Below, piece by piece: positions 1 through 12,080 of a stretch of 64,000 bases of DNA. The stretch comes from Camelus ferus. Taxonomy: Eukaryota. Each line of letters starts with the position of its first letter. Position 1 is the stretch's first letter. A model generated the notes under the pieces. It ran no database searches. It worked only from the letters and a program-made list of their open reading frames with translations, and was not told where the DNA came from. Made by a program: the position numbers and the translations under genes. The stretch is from positions 76,262,001 through 76,326,000 of the forward strand of contig NC_045696.1 in NCBI RefSeq assembly GCF_009834535.1, given 5' to 3'.

Positions 1-239
1 GGTAAAGGAAAAAAAGAGCTGAATAAAGTAAAGCTAAGAAAAATTTAGATAACATTTAAGACATATGACAAAAATTTGTTGAGTAAGTAACAATCTTAGG
101 ACTACTGTCAGGGGTGTACTAGAGTTTAATTATTAAAATCTTCAAGAATCCATGGAATTCATGTAACAAGCCCTCGCTGAAACCTGTTATGGGTAGAACA
201 CTGTGCTCACTGTGGAAGTAATATAGGAGAAGTGGCTGA

Positions 240-346
240 TGATCTGGGTTTCCAGCGCTGCCTCTGAGCCATTGGATCTTCAGCAAGGCACTCACTTCTC
301 TGGTCCTGGTTTCTACATCTATAAGATGTGTGATTAGGCTAGATGA
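240..346 (+). mobile_element. MIR SINE fragment interrupted by MER102, resuming at ~650-690
   Basis: MIR core-like sequence ...gcaaggcactcacttctctggtcctggtttctacatctataa. Confidence 0.65.
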
Positions 347-347
347 A

Positions 348-650
348 AAGTAGCAAACTGGAGACCAACAGGCTGATCACTGAATGAGTCAAAGCTTAAA
401 CATTTTGGACATATTACATAAAAATCTAGAATTCTAGATTTTCCTGAAAAGTTGGAGCACCTCCTCATGCTGGGTCAGCTTCCTGTATGGCTGCAATAGG
501 TTAGAGCTGATTACCTGTGCCAGGGTACTCTCCCCTTTCCCTAGTGATGCCTGGGGCTGCCCAATGTCTGCCTCTGTGCCTCTTCCCTGCTCTGCTTCAC
601 TCTCATGAATTACCTGCTTGGGCACCAGAGAATTTACACTTGTGACCCTG
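348..650 (-). mobile_element. MER102-like hAT-Charlie DNA transposon
   Basis: Reverse complement starts cagggtcacaagtg...caggtaattcatgag, with internal tttcaggaaaatctagaattctagatttttatg, resembling remembered MER102. Confidence 0.65.
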
Positions 651-1485
651 GATAGCTGTTCTCTACCATCCCTTTCAGTTCTCTGACTCCATAATTCTTT
701 AAAGCCCTGCTCCTGGAATGAAAAATCCAGTGCAAGAAATTCTCTTCCGGCTTTATAATTTCAATCATCCCATTAGTTGGAGAAAAGCATATAAAGACTT
801 GCACCTAGAAACTGAAACCAGCATACTGATGATCTAAATACTCCTTAAACCTTCCACCTCTAACATGTTGTCATGGTGTTTATTTTAGCTTCCTGCTCAT
901 CCGTTTTCCTTCCTGTCCAGCTTGAGTTCTGTTTTACAGTCACATTTACATAGACTTACCACAGTAATTAATTTCACAGCATAACATTAAACTGGTTCCT
1001 TCAAACCAAACACATCAGAAACTGAAAAATGCTTATTTAATGAGAATAGCTGGATGCCAAAGATGGAATTCTTGAAGCTTAGGCAAACCTGAAGGATTTC
1101 CTGCAAACACTAAATCTTTGTCTTTTAGCCCACTTTTAAACTACTTCCATAAAAGAAAATCTATTCTATTTTGACCAGACCGCACACAAACATGAGGTTA
1201 AAAATGTTTGCTTGACACTTTTCAATACCCCTGCTTTTAATGCAGCAGTTTGTTTTGCTCCCATATTTCTTTCAAACGATGTGCTTTGTGAGAATTTTAG
1301 ATTCATCAAAATACCTATGAGCAAATTTTTTTAGTAGAAAGTGTTAGCTAGCTGCTTGCATGCTTTTCAATGTGAGAGATTTTACCATATGTTGCCGTAT
1401 CATTTAGATTATGTCTAAGTGATGCCAAAAATCTGGAGGGAAAAAAGGGAGATTCTATTATCTACATCCTTTACTTGCAACTCAC

Positions 1486-1589
1486 CAAACAGCTAGCGGT
1501 TTCAGGTCACCCAGCTGTGTGGCACCATACAGCTGACACATCTGAGTGATTAGCTAAATTATTCAGTTTCATCAAGATATTCTGTTCTC
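1486..1589 (-). other. Weak candidate exon containing stop codons
   Basis: attgtctatag|GAGAAC...GTTTG|gtgagt. Good donor, poor pyrimidine tract, repeat-free surroundings. Confidence 0.2.
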
Positions 1590-1979
1590 CTATAGACAAT
1601 ATCTGAGCTTTACACATGGATGTGCATAGAATGTGCATGTGTTTACATACCACATATGTTTCTAAAAAGACAGATTTAAGCAACTGTTGCAAATACAAAA
1701 ATGCAGGATCGGACTCTTCTCTCACCTCCTGCTGGACATTCCTAACAGTCAATGGCTCTTTTCCACCTGGGCCCATGCAACCCTCTGTCAGGTGAGGGAG
1801 CAAAACAGAGGTCAGCCCGGTAAAGCCAAGGAAATGAGTGGGTAGTCCCATTCCGTGCAACCCACAGCCAGATGTTCTGACCTTGAGCACATGCACAGAA
1901 GCTGGCTGATGGGCACACCTACAGGAATGCAGCTCAGGCTGGAAGAAGCATGAAATGCAACTTTTCTGTCTACAGAGCC

Positions 1980-2180
1980 AGTATTATGCACCAGGCTTGG
2001 CGTCTTTATCTACTTTATCCCATCTGAGTCTCACAATTAATCCATAAAGCAAAAACTCACATCCTCCTCTCTCTCTCTTTTTTTTTTTAACACAAATAAG
2101 GGGACTCAGAAAAGTTGAGTAACTAGTAAACGGTAATGTTTGTATTTGTAGGCAAGTCTGACTTCAAAACACACCTCATA
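1980..2180 (-). mobile_element. MIR SINE (donor of the local duplication)
   Basis: Degenerate antisense MIR: tattatgcaccaggc...tctcacaa...ctcagaaaagttgagtaact...caagtctgacttcaaa. Confidence 0.65.
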
Positions 2181-3459
2181 ATACAGCCATGACCCTGACT
2201 GTCTGGGTCACACCTGGCCATCCTCCCCCAAATGGCCCTGGAGCACTTTCAATGCATGTCATCCAGGCCAGTGTGACAGTGGCCACCATCCCTGTGCTGA
2301 TCCAAACCCCCACTGCTAGAACCTGAATTTACCCCCTAACATCTCTGGGCAGGGTTAGAGAAGGAGAGGGAGGCGATGTTACCCTATTTTCATGGCCACA
2401 GCACATGTTACATGAATCCCTAAGGTGCACTGGGCACAGCCTGTGTTGTTGTGTTTCAAGCTGCCATACTTTTTGAATTTTCTAACAAGTCTAATCTCAA
2501 ATACTATCTAGTATCTCTCACTGTCAGTCTATCTATTTTGATTTGAGGTATAAAATTAGACTGCTAAACTCCATGGAAAACTGTGACCTCATCTACAATC
2601 TTGGTATGTTTAAACTATTTGAGTCCTGGATGGTAGCAATTATTTTTAATGTTCACAATAGTACTTTTAATACATTCTCCATTTAACTTTGTTTAAGGGG
2701 GCACTTCTCCAGGAAAAAAAAAAAAAGCATTTGTTCCTGGAATCTAGGCAGGCATGATATATCACACCGTGGTACCATGAGGCAGACAATAGAAGGAATT
2801 GAACATAGAAAACTTTTGAAACCAAACAAGCAAATAATTGTCATCCCAATTATTTCATTACGACAGACAACAGAATAACACAAAGGACTGAGTGGCTCCC
2901 AGAATGGCACGACAATCATAAAGGACTGAAGATACAAAGAGTATTTCTAAGAGACAGCAGAATTCATACAATATGTGATGTACAGTAAACCTTGTTATTC
3001 TGATCACAGATCTTTTTTTCCCCAAATAGTATGTAATTCAAAGCAATTCCCACTCCCCAGCCGCCTAGACTGTCTTATTGTTATTTATTAAAAATGCAAG
3101 CTCATTTTAACCTGGCCAATTTAAAGTCAAATTTTGCCAGCCCCTTACATGGTCACTAAGGAGCTCTTATTTCCTCTGTTTCACCTCCTGGGCTCTCAGG
3201 ACCCCCAAACTGATTTCACAAATGCAACTGTGCAGAGCAAATGAGAATTACCACACTGAATGTCAATAACATATGCAGAAAACTATGTTAAGTATCTGCT
3301 CTTTTGTGACATTCCAAATTCTCTTTCCTTTTTAAAGATTTCCCTTATGTTTAGATATTACACTACAATCTGAACACATTCAGAGTATATGATTTATAGG
3401 AAGGAGAAGAAGAAAAAGATTCAATTTTTCACTAGTAACAAATCAATTAACATCTAATA

Positions 3460-3800
3460 ATAATAATAATATCTCACATAATGATACGATTTATTGGCAC
3501 TGACTACATGCAGTGAAATTTAAATATATTATCTTTTGGAGTCCTCACAGTTACCGGGAGTTAAGTATTTTCAACCTCATTTTGGTGGTAGAGAAAGAGA
3601 GGCATAGAAAATTTAAGCAACTTGCCCCCGGCCATGAAGCAAAAACTCATGTCCTCCTCCCTTTTTTTTTTAACACAAATAAGGGGACTCAGAAAAGTTG
3701 AGTAACTAGTAAACGGTAATGTTTGTATTTGTAGGCAAGTCTGACTTCAAAACACACCTCACACGCTGTTGCCAAGTGGCCAGGACTTGGATGCAGCCAA
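3460..3800 (-). mobile_element. MIR SINE carrying the inserted duplicate at 3632-3761
   Basis: taataataat...tttattggcactgactac...gaggcatagaaaatttaagcaacttgccc [insert] ...gtggccaggacttg. Confidence 0.7.
3632..3761 (+). repeat. Near-identical direct copy of 2042-2178
   Basis: Direct comparison: identical from ttttaacacaaataagggg to aacacacctca. Differences are confined to a few 5' bases and the CT/T tract. Confidence 0.95.
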
Positions 3801-4380
3801 GACAATAACTTAGGCCTGAGTTTAGGAGGACAACTATGAAGCTTAAGTCCAGAGATGGAACCCCATCTTCTTCCCTCCCCCTTGCATTCTACCCTCACAG
3901 TACCAGCACCATTAATACCCCCAAGGTCACCATCGTAGCCCCAAAGAAAAACTGAACCCCATTCTATTCTCAGTTTCCCTTCCCACAAAACATTAGAGAA
4001 TTTCCAAATCCTTAACAATAATGATTCCTTTAGCAGCCAGCAAACTTCAAGACAGTTTTCCAGCCAGGACTTGAATCACAGGAGAGAAGTGGGCAACCCC
4101 TGAGTCAGTAGTCCTACGTGGACCTCAGGCTACTCACTGCCAGCACCCAGGTAACTCGAATCCTGTCAAGACTGGTAGATTCCAGATGTTGCATTCTGCT
4201 CTGATGTAACAGTCTGTTCCACTAAGTAGGATTTCCGGTGGAGGCCTCATAACCCTTTCCCCCACCACGATTTTGATTAGACATGAATTCCCAATACCAC
4301 ACACCTGGGTCATGACACTAGTGTAAGAATATGTTTCCTGCCCATATTCCTTGCACAAGGTTGATGTATCCAGCCCCAGC

Positions 4381-4709
4381 TGTAGCGACTGTTGGCTGCC
4401 AAAGATGCACAGCTGCACCCGTCTCAGAGAACTGCTCTAGGCCGCATGGGGCTGCTTCACCTTGGAAGTCACACCAGTGGCCAATGATTGACTGACTACC
4501 TGAGCACAAAAGCCTGGCCCCTTGCTTTGACAGGCAACCGTTTCTGGGGTGCAATTTGCTACTTTCAGCTCCTCAGAGGTCCCAGTGAAGCTAGGCTCCA
4601 GCTAAGAACATCCTTCTTAGCTTTCTTCCCCTTCCTCTGAGAGCACCACCTCAATAAGTCATGCACATAAGAATCCCTGTCTCAGGCTCTCCTTCTAGAA
4701 ACTAAGACA
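4381..4709 (+). mobile_element. LTR16-like ERVL solo LTR
   Basis: Starts tgtagcg; ends caataagtcatgcacataagaatccctgtctcaggctctccttctagaaactaagaca, a typical LTR16 3' end. Confidence 0.7.
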
Positions 4710-5799
4710 GTGATCTTAGCTGCTCTCCCAGACCCAAGACACTTTTCATTCACTCCATCCCACCCTCTGCCTCTAGAATATTCTTCTTTAACAATTTTCA
4801 ATTCACTCAAGATCCTGTACCGTATCTCCAGACTCCTCAGTCTGATCCACTCCAAACTTCTACACAAGGTGTCATGCTGTATTTTCAATCACCACATAAT
4901 GTTTTTCCTACCTATAAAAATAGAAAATACTTGTAATTCACCATTTTCCAGAGCAAGTTATGTTAAAAATATACTGAATTTTTTTCTGCCAACATAACCG
5001 CAGATTATGCACAAGGAAGAATGAATATGCCTTCTTTTAGGAAGCCTCCAGCATCATTCTCTTCCCTTAGGGCACCGAAGAGCAGGCCTGCCCCTGGCTT
5101 AACATCTAATAAGACTACCTGGGCCAGGACAATTGCCTAGTGAGGGTTAATAAGACTCATCTCCAGGTTAGACTGTGACCAAAGTTTTGCCATCAAGTTA
5201 CAACCTCTGCTTCCTTGGCCCTGAGACCAGGTCACCCATCCAGTTGTGGGAACATGGAGACTGGGCACTTCTTTCAGAGGTTAACTGTAGATGCATGTAT
5301 GTGCCTGCATGCATGCACATGCACATACAAACACACAAACATACATATATACCCTCAGGCCCAACATAAACAAGAAGCTCCAGCCTGGGAAGGAACCAGG
5401 GATGGCAGAAGAGGATGCTTGAACAGTGAGAAGTTCTCCCTCTTCAAGCAGAAGGACTGAAAAGTAATGCATTTCCTTTCTACGCAGGTTTGAGTATTAC
5501 ACTAAAATGGTGTTAAAAGTTTCTACGAAACCTTTTGACCAGCTTCTGACTCTTGATGCAGTGACAATTCCATCTCATTGGAGCTATTAAAATACTCAAT
5601 GTCTAGTCCAGAGAAGGGAGACTAATCCTCAGATGAAACAGACCTCAAAACACCAGATACTTTTTTATGTACACTTTCTTTGTTTTTCTGATTCCCTTCC
5701 AGTGTGCACACTTTCTCCACTTATATTTGAGCGTAGGCAATGTCTTGCTATCTCCTTTTTGAACAAAAAGAGGGCTGAACTGGAATGAGGAAACACAAA

Positions 5800-6400
5800 T
5801 GCTTGCAGGTGACCTTGGGCAAGCTATCTATTTGTCTCTTTCTCTCCGCTGCCCTCATCTGTAAACGCAAGGCACTGGACCAGGTTGATCTAAGGTCCTG
5901 TATTTTTCTAATGTCCTAGAAGACTTTACTAGAAGCACAAGAGTGTAGGCTTAAGAGCATGGGATCCAGAGGAAAATTACTGCAGTTCACATCCCAAATT
6001 TAGAACTATTTACATCTTTGAGTAAGTTCCTGGCTATACCTCAGTTTCATCATTTGTAAAATGGGAATGAAATGAGTACCTCTCTCATTGGGCTGGGGTG
6101 GGGATATAATGACATAATATATAAAATTTGTCTAGAATTGTGCCTGGCACATAGCAAATATTCAATAAATATTTAACTGTTGTGATTTATCCCCATTTAC
6201 CAAAAGAAAGGCCTTGCCAAGGTGATTTCCCCACTAGAAACATTAAACATTGGTGGCCCCAAATATAATCACACTAACACTTATTGAGAACCATGTGCTA
6301 GATATTAAGAAATTATATAAATTATCTCACTTAAACCACATCAAAATCATGTAAGGTTGAAATATTATTTTCCTCCTTTTTAAAGATGAAGAAACAAAGG
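5800..6400. mobile_element. Cluster of three MIR fragments (+,+,-)
   Basis: Core motifs gtgaccttgggcaag...cctcatctgtaaa; cctcagtttcatcatttgtaaaatggg; tttaaagatgaagaaac. Confidence 0.75.
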
Positions 6401-6414
6401 AGGCATAGTGATAC

Positions 6415-6600
6415 AGAGTACTTTTTGAAAAATATTACACCACCGGCTCTTTAGGGAAAAAAAGCCCTGATTCATAGCATGTGCCATTTTCTTTGGTGTA
6501 AATCCTTCCACCACAGCCAATAACAAGCTACCAATGTGGCATCACCGAATGCAGAGTTAGAAAGAGATCAGCAGAGTTGGCTCTCCTGGGCTGCTCCACA
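6415..6600 (-). mobile_element. MER63-like hAT-Blackjack element
   Basis: ccggctct...aaaagccctgatt...ggtgtaaat...aagctaccaatgtg...gagttagaaagagat matches the remembered antisense MER63. Confidence 0.7.
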
Positions 6601-8169
6601 GACCGGAATACAGTTAGAAGGTTGTGGAGTGAGCAACCCACTCCAGCGCCAGTCAGCTGACCTCTTCACAGCACGTCTATGTCTTTACACTCCTGCAGTG
6701 CAACACTGCTTTTAGAATGCAAACCAAGTGATATGCATTACTCCTTATAAAACATCTAATTTTAAAAACTCAAAACTCAGATTTTGCTTGTGCTTCAGTG
6801 TGTAAGTCTAAACAGCGGTCTGAGCTACTGTTATTAACTATGCGTTCATTTTCTCTTTATTAGTGAAAGGGAACAATTGTTTCACTTCAAAAGGACTTAG
6901 AACTGATTTATTTCTGTTATCTGCTTCTGTACCACAGTTAATATTATAATTTATTTGCAAGACATAATAAACAATGTTTTTTTAAAAATCAGATTTTTCT
7001 CATCATTTGTAAATTTAATCTAGTTTTCAACAATGTATAAATTTCCTGGTTAGTTGGTATGTTTTAAAATGTTTGGACTGCACAATTATTGTATATGATG
7101 AAAATGTATATTATGTATTCTTTCCTATTGAGTGTTTTATGCAAATTAATGTTTCTCAGTTGAAATTGTTGATTTATTTCTGTTAGCTTATTAATAACAC
7201 ATTACCAGATGTTTCTAAATCGTTCTACACAATTTCAATTCTTGATCAAGTCTGACATACAGAATTTCACCCAAAGAGCCTTTTCTTTCGAGTCTTAATT
7301 TAGAATATGCATTGACTTCGCAATTTTAAAATGTACTGTAAGAATAAATAAAAAGATTCTCAGTTTCTAATCCTTTGTGGCAGCTAAATTCCATTTTGTG
7401 CACCATAAAGCCGCTACATGAATTTATTCACAGATAACACACTGGTAGCAAGCAAGCTGTAAACATACAATTATACATTCCCTGCAGCCACTAGGAGGTT
7501 TCTTCTACTTCGAAGAATCTCTGCTGTTCCAGGAGCCGCCATCATGCTCTCAGCAGCAAGGTGGTGGCTGGGGCTTGAGTCTAGGGAGCCCACTCTAAGC
7601 TGTCTCTGTAAACATTAAGAAAGGAGGTCTGACATGCCCTAGCCTCACCCTTATCAGCTCTGCAAGTCCAGGGAAACAAAATTGGGATGGAGGTAGATGT
7701 TGACTTTGGCATCTCCCTTTTTGTATTCTTCTAGCACCTAGCACCTCCCTCAGAGGTCTCAGCCTTTGAGGGCCTTGAATAAACTAATGCAGGCTCTGTG
7801 CTAATGTTAATCACTTGCGGTCATCCTTAACTCCATCACCAAATGTCGTCATTTTAAATGACAACTACAGAGAAAGGGCCATGATTGGCCCAAAGAAGTT
7901 GTTCAAAAGTGAGACTTCCAGGACTGTTACACTAGAAAGTTTTTTATGGGAAGACATTTCCCTCAGTCTTCAAAAGCACACCATGTGCACAGTTCTCTAC
8001 CCATTTAAATCACCACCTCCAGCCCATCTCTCCCATCCTCCACCCTACTTTGGCGCCTCACCTCCACATAATCCCCCAAAAGCATTTCTCTATGCACCAA
8101 TGATAACCTGTCTCCTCCCTTCAGAAAAGAATAGTGCCAGATTCTTTTCCCGCTTCTACCACTAACAAC

Positions 8170-8500
8170 AGCTAATATATACTGAATAATCACCACGGGC
8201 CAGCTTAAGTTCTAAAAGCTTTGCACACATAAAGTGATTTCATCCTCACTACTATTACCCCTTTTTCTACACGGAAGGAAACCAAGACACAGAGAGGGTA
8301 AGTCACTACTCAGGCACCAGATGGTAGGTGGCAGGGCTCACCCGCTCCGGCAGCCTGGCTTCCAATCGTGTGCCTTTGACAACCACACAGTACTGCCCTT
8401 TGCCATCAGCGTGTGACATTGGTCCCTTAACCTCTCCTCATTTTAAACTGAGGAATTGGACTACATCCTCTCCCAACCTGTTCTCACTCTGACACTCAGT
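8170..8500. mobile_element. Two MIR fragments
   Basis: ggaaaccaagacacagagagggtaagtcact (antisense core), followed by tgtgacattggtcccttaacctctc (sense). Confidence 0.65.
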
Positions 8501-9169
8501 TCCCCATGCCTGTTTTGTTCATGTTATCACCTCTATTAACTTAATGGCACAAACTTTCACTGTCATCATTTCAACCACACAGCCTCCTCCTGTGTTCACG
8601 GACACAAAACTAGACTTTAACCCCCACTGAAGAAAATTGTTGAATATGTTTAACATAGCTCTCTTGCTTTTCAAAAGAGAACAAATCGAAAGAAGGTGTT
8701 TTTGCTCAGCTTCATGGTGGAACCACGGAGGTTGCACCAGGAGATCTGTGTCTATTTCTGTCTGAGCTATTCTGTCTCTGGGGCTTCAGAAGCGCCTTGC
8801 CCTTCTTTGGGCTGCGTTTTCTTCTCAGGGGAAATGCAGGCAAAAACACTGCTATCAGATGATCTTTTTAAAATTTCTGTGAAGATGCTGTCTGTTTATA
8901 TTCATTTCATAGTCACCACTTAGCACTGGTTTTACTATTAATATCCAAACACAAGGGGAACATGTGAGAAAGGATGGAGTTGGACAGTCTATTTAAAGAA
9001 GATAAAAATGAAGAAACAAGATTTTTTAGATAATTCAACTTTCTAAACAATACTTTATAAACAGAGATGAATACAGAAAGACTCTTTTGAGCCAGAATAG
9101 GGACTGATTCTGAGTTACTTAAGAGACCAATTGCTAATTCAGTTATTTAGCAAATACACATTGAGGAAC

Positions 9170-9845
9170 AATGATGCAAAGTTTACTGAGAACTTACTTT
9201 TGTGTCAGGAACAGTTATCTATTTCATCAATAAATAGATTATCTCATTTAGTTCTCACAGGCAAATCTCTGAACAACTATTATTCCCATTTTACACATAG
9301 GGAAACCGAAGTGAGTGAGTAACTTGCCTAGGGTCATGCAGCTGACAAGATGGTAGAGCCAAGATTTAGGTCCAGACTTATCTGACCATGTTTCCCCAAA
9401 CCCTTAATCTTTGTGCTTTATTATCCTATAGGAAGAGAAAAAAAAGAAAGATAAATGGGAAATATCCTTTGCTCTTAAACAGATTAGGTTGATAGGGAAG
9501 ATGTAGCACATATTCAGAAGTAACTATAATACTAAGTGATGTTGTCCATTGGCATCCAGGGGAGATCTGAAAAAGGAAAGACAACTTCTGGCCAGAAGGA
9601 TCACAGCCAGCTTCATGGAGGAGGTGGAGTTTAAATTGAACTCTAAGGGATTTTAATAAAGAAGTTTGAAAAGAGAGCATCACAGCCAGAGGGAAAGGCA
9701 GGTGCCATGGCCCAGAGAGCAGAAGCCTAGAGGGTGAGTCTGTGAGGATCTCAGAGAAATGGTAAGGAACAAAACCAAGTCATGCTCACTATCTGTCTCC
9801 AGTACTTAGAACAGCTCAAGAACACACTGAATAAATGAATGAATT
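9170..9845. mobile_element. MIR plus L2 fragments
   Basis: tattcccattttacacatagggaaac...aacttgcctagggtca (MIR); cttcatggaggaggtgg and ctgaataaatgaatgaat (L2). Confidence 0.65.
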
Positions 9846-10158
9846 TAGGAAAGACCCGTAGAGACAGGTCTCTACTGGAAACCCCTGAATGTCACAATAC
9901 AACATGGGATATTCTTATGTGAGCAGCCTAACACTGTCCAGTGTAAAACTGCAAGAGAGGGACACAATCTGAGCCTTACATTAACTAGGAAATTAGTCAA
10001 AAGATAGACTGGCTTGCAGAGAAACTCAGTGACAGGAGGCTGATACATGGTCCATATGAGAAGGAACAAAAGGCAAATGAGATGGAGAAAGCACAGACTG
10101 TAAAGGGCTAAACCCAGAGGAAGAACCTCTCCTTCTCCTACAACCCCTCCTTTCTCAC

Positions 10159-10225
10159 CTCATCTGGAGGCAGCAGAAAATTCTTATACTGATTCAAATA
10201 GCACTGGGTGTAAATAGTGCCTTCA
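10159..10225 (-). CDS. Candidate 67-nt exon (VKALFTPSAI* if joined to the 39-nt exon)
   Basis: tttgtttttcttcttcag|TGAAGG...GATGAG|gtgaga. Lies 201 nt downstream of the 39-nt candidate. Confidence 0.35.
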
Positions 10226-10426
10226 CTGAAGAAGAAAAACAAATATTTAATTAAATCATTAACAAACATCCCACTTTTGGACTGAGTTGTTTAGCCTTTT
10301 TGCTCAGGGTTTTGGGTTGATTAGATAAAGCTATGATCTCCACCTTCAAATAACCTCCCAAGTAACGTTTCATAGATCAGTGATCATCTATTCCAACCTT
10401 CTGCCCTGGCCTAGAGGTCCACCTAC

Positions 10427-10465
10427 CCTTGTCTAAGTCTGAGTGTTGATCACACTCTATAAATT
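10427..10465 (-). CDS. Candidate 39-nt frame-preserving cassette exon (x-FIECDQHSDLDK)
   Basis: ttctttttttttttcctgcag|AATTTATAGAGTGTGATCAACACTCAGACTTAGACAAGG|gtaggt. Open in phase 1-1 and bracketed by an inverted repeat. Confidence 0.55.
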
Positions 10466-11992
10466 CTGCAGGAAAAAAAAAAAGAACTATAGATCACTAA
10501 ATCTAACTTAGATGAGCACTGATCCATAGGAATTATGTCCACAACGTATTATTAAATGAGGAATGTTACAAAGCAATATCGGAGCAGGAAAGTATCCACT
10601 CCAAAGTGTTCACAGGGGTGAATTCTTAACTCTTGTAAGTGGGGTTGTGAGTGTTTTTAGCCTTCTTTTTCTCTTTTTGTACTTTCACGTTTATAATTCA
10701 AAGAACTAAAAAACTGTTCTTGCAACAAGAAAAAGTAATTTTTAATTTTAAAACTGTAAAATTACCTATGAAAAATATATTGACACAGCTGAGTATTCTC
10801 AAGGTTTTATTGCATAACCTGTTTTGTGGCAATGCCGTGGTTTACCAAAAGACACTGCTGAGACACAGCTGCTACTGTCTGGAGCACTTCCCCTGGCCCA
10901 AGGATCCCCACTCCTGATGCCACCCAATTTTCTCTGCCATCATCACTGCCCACAAATATGACACGTGGGCTCCCCAACAGACACCCAATTTCCACTAGCT
11001 GTAAGGGGCAAAAAAACAGAAAGACTGTCTTCTCCCAATTCATTTGCCCTCTTCTGTCCAGACTTTCTGGAAGCCAGGCAACATTCATCACCCTCACCCA
11101 TCAAAACCATGCTGGTGACTACAGAGGCCACTTCCTCATCTCCAAGATGCTTGCAGTTCAGTAACCTTTTCTTTGGCCAAATTACAAATTTCCTTAGAAG
11201 CAAAATTTCCTAAGGACATGCTGATCTAGTTTTCCAATGATCAGTCTAAATATTACCTTCCTATTATTTATAAGTGCCACATGTAAGAACAAGGCACTGA
11301 AAAGGACATAATCAAACTACACCTGAACTCTGTTTCTTCTCCCTGTGCTCGCCCCCTGGTTCAACAGCAAATAAATAAATCCAAAAAAACTGAATCTCTT
11401 TCAAGCCTCTTGTGTCCTTTGTAAGAAAATCAGTCATAAATAGAATGCATCTCAACCTTAATTTACTGATGGCATTTTAGAATGAGGTCATAATGTGATT
11501 TTTCAAAATGTAAAGTCATCTTGTCCATTTTCATTGCTAAAGCATCTCTTTAACACATATGCCCATTGAAAACTGTTTTCTTTAACTATTCTCCTTAAAT
11601 ACCAAGAGTGATTATTATAACTTCACTAAAAAGTAGACTATTGACCCATAGTTTTTTTCTCAAAATAGGTCATTTCTAAAAGAGAGGAAAGTGATTTATA
11701 TATCATACAGAAATAAAGCATTCCTTTTAGGGTAGAAATGAGACTTTAAGAACAAAAGGAAACCGGCATATATGCCCCTCCTAATCCTCCTCTGTATCTT
11801 CTTTGTTGGGGAAGGGGGTAAAAAGGAGCTGCTAGTCATGGATTCAAGATGCTCTCTGGCTCAGGAACAGGGCTGGAAGAATTAAAGCCACCAAAAGAAG
11901 ACCCAGAGTGCCATTGACACAATCTCCCCAGATGTCCTCCCCAAAACCATGTGAAGTTCTACCTTTTCACAACCTGTTTTGTTTACTTCTAC

Positions 11993-12080
11993 CTGCGGTT
12001 TTGGCTTCACCAGAGTGCGGAAACAGCATAATCTTCACATATAGTTGCCAACTGTAGCCTCATCTTTAACTTAACCGTTC
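11993..12080 (-). CDS. Candidate 88-nt exon with a stop in all three frames (alternative C-terminus or poison exon)
   Basis: ccttcttttactgtttttcttttgtttaag|GAACGG...CCGCAG|gtagaa. Longest frame reads TVKLKMRLQLATICEDYAVSALW*. Donor is weak. Confidence 0.3.

Noticed and set aside
421..442. Perfect 22-bp palindrome aaaatctagaattctagatttt
   Set aside because: It lies inside the MER102-like element, which has internal dyad symmetry at this position.
7484..7502. CTCF-like ccactaggagg
   Set aside because: It lacks the 3' GGCGC/GGCAG part of the core motif and cannot be supported without data.
8696..8740. FLLSFMVEPR resembles the ankyrin ZU5 start (FLVSFMVDAR)
   Set aside because: Similarity stops after ~10 residues, there is no proper splice context, and the ORF runs into a MIR-like segment.
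9387..9460. Strong minus-strand acceptor with a 39-nt open frame
   Set aside because: It sits between MIR and L2 fragments with a weak donor inside the MIR, so it is probably cryptic.
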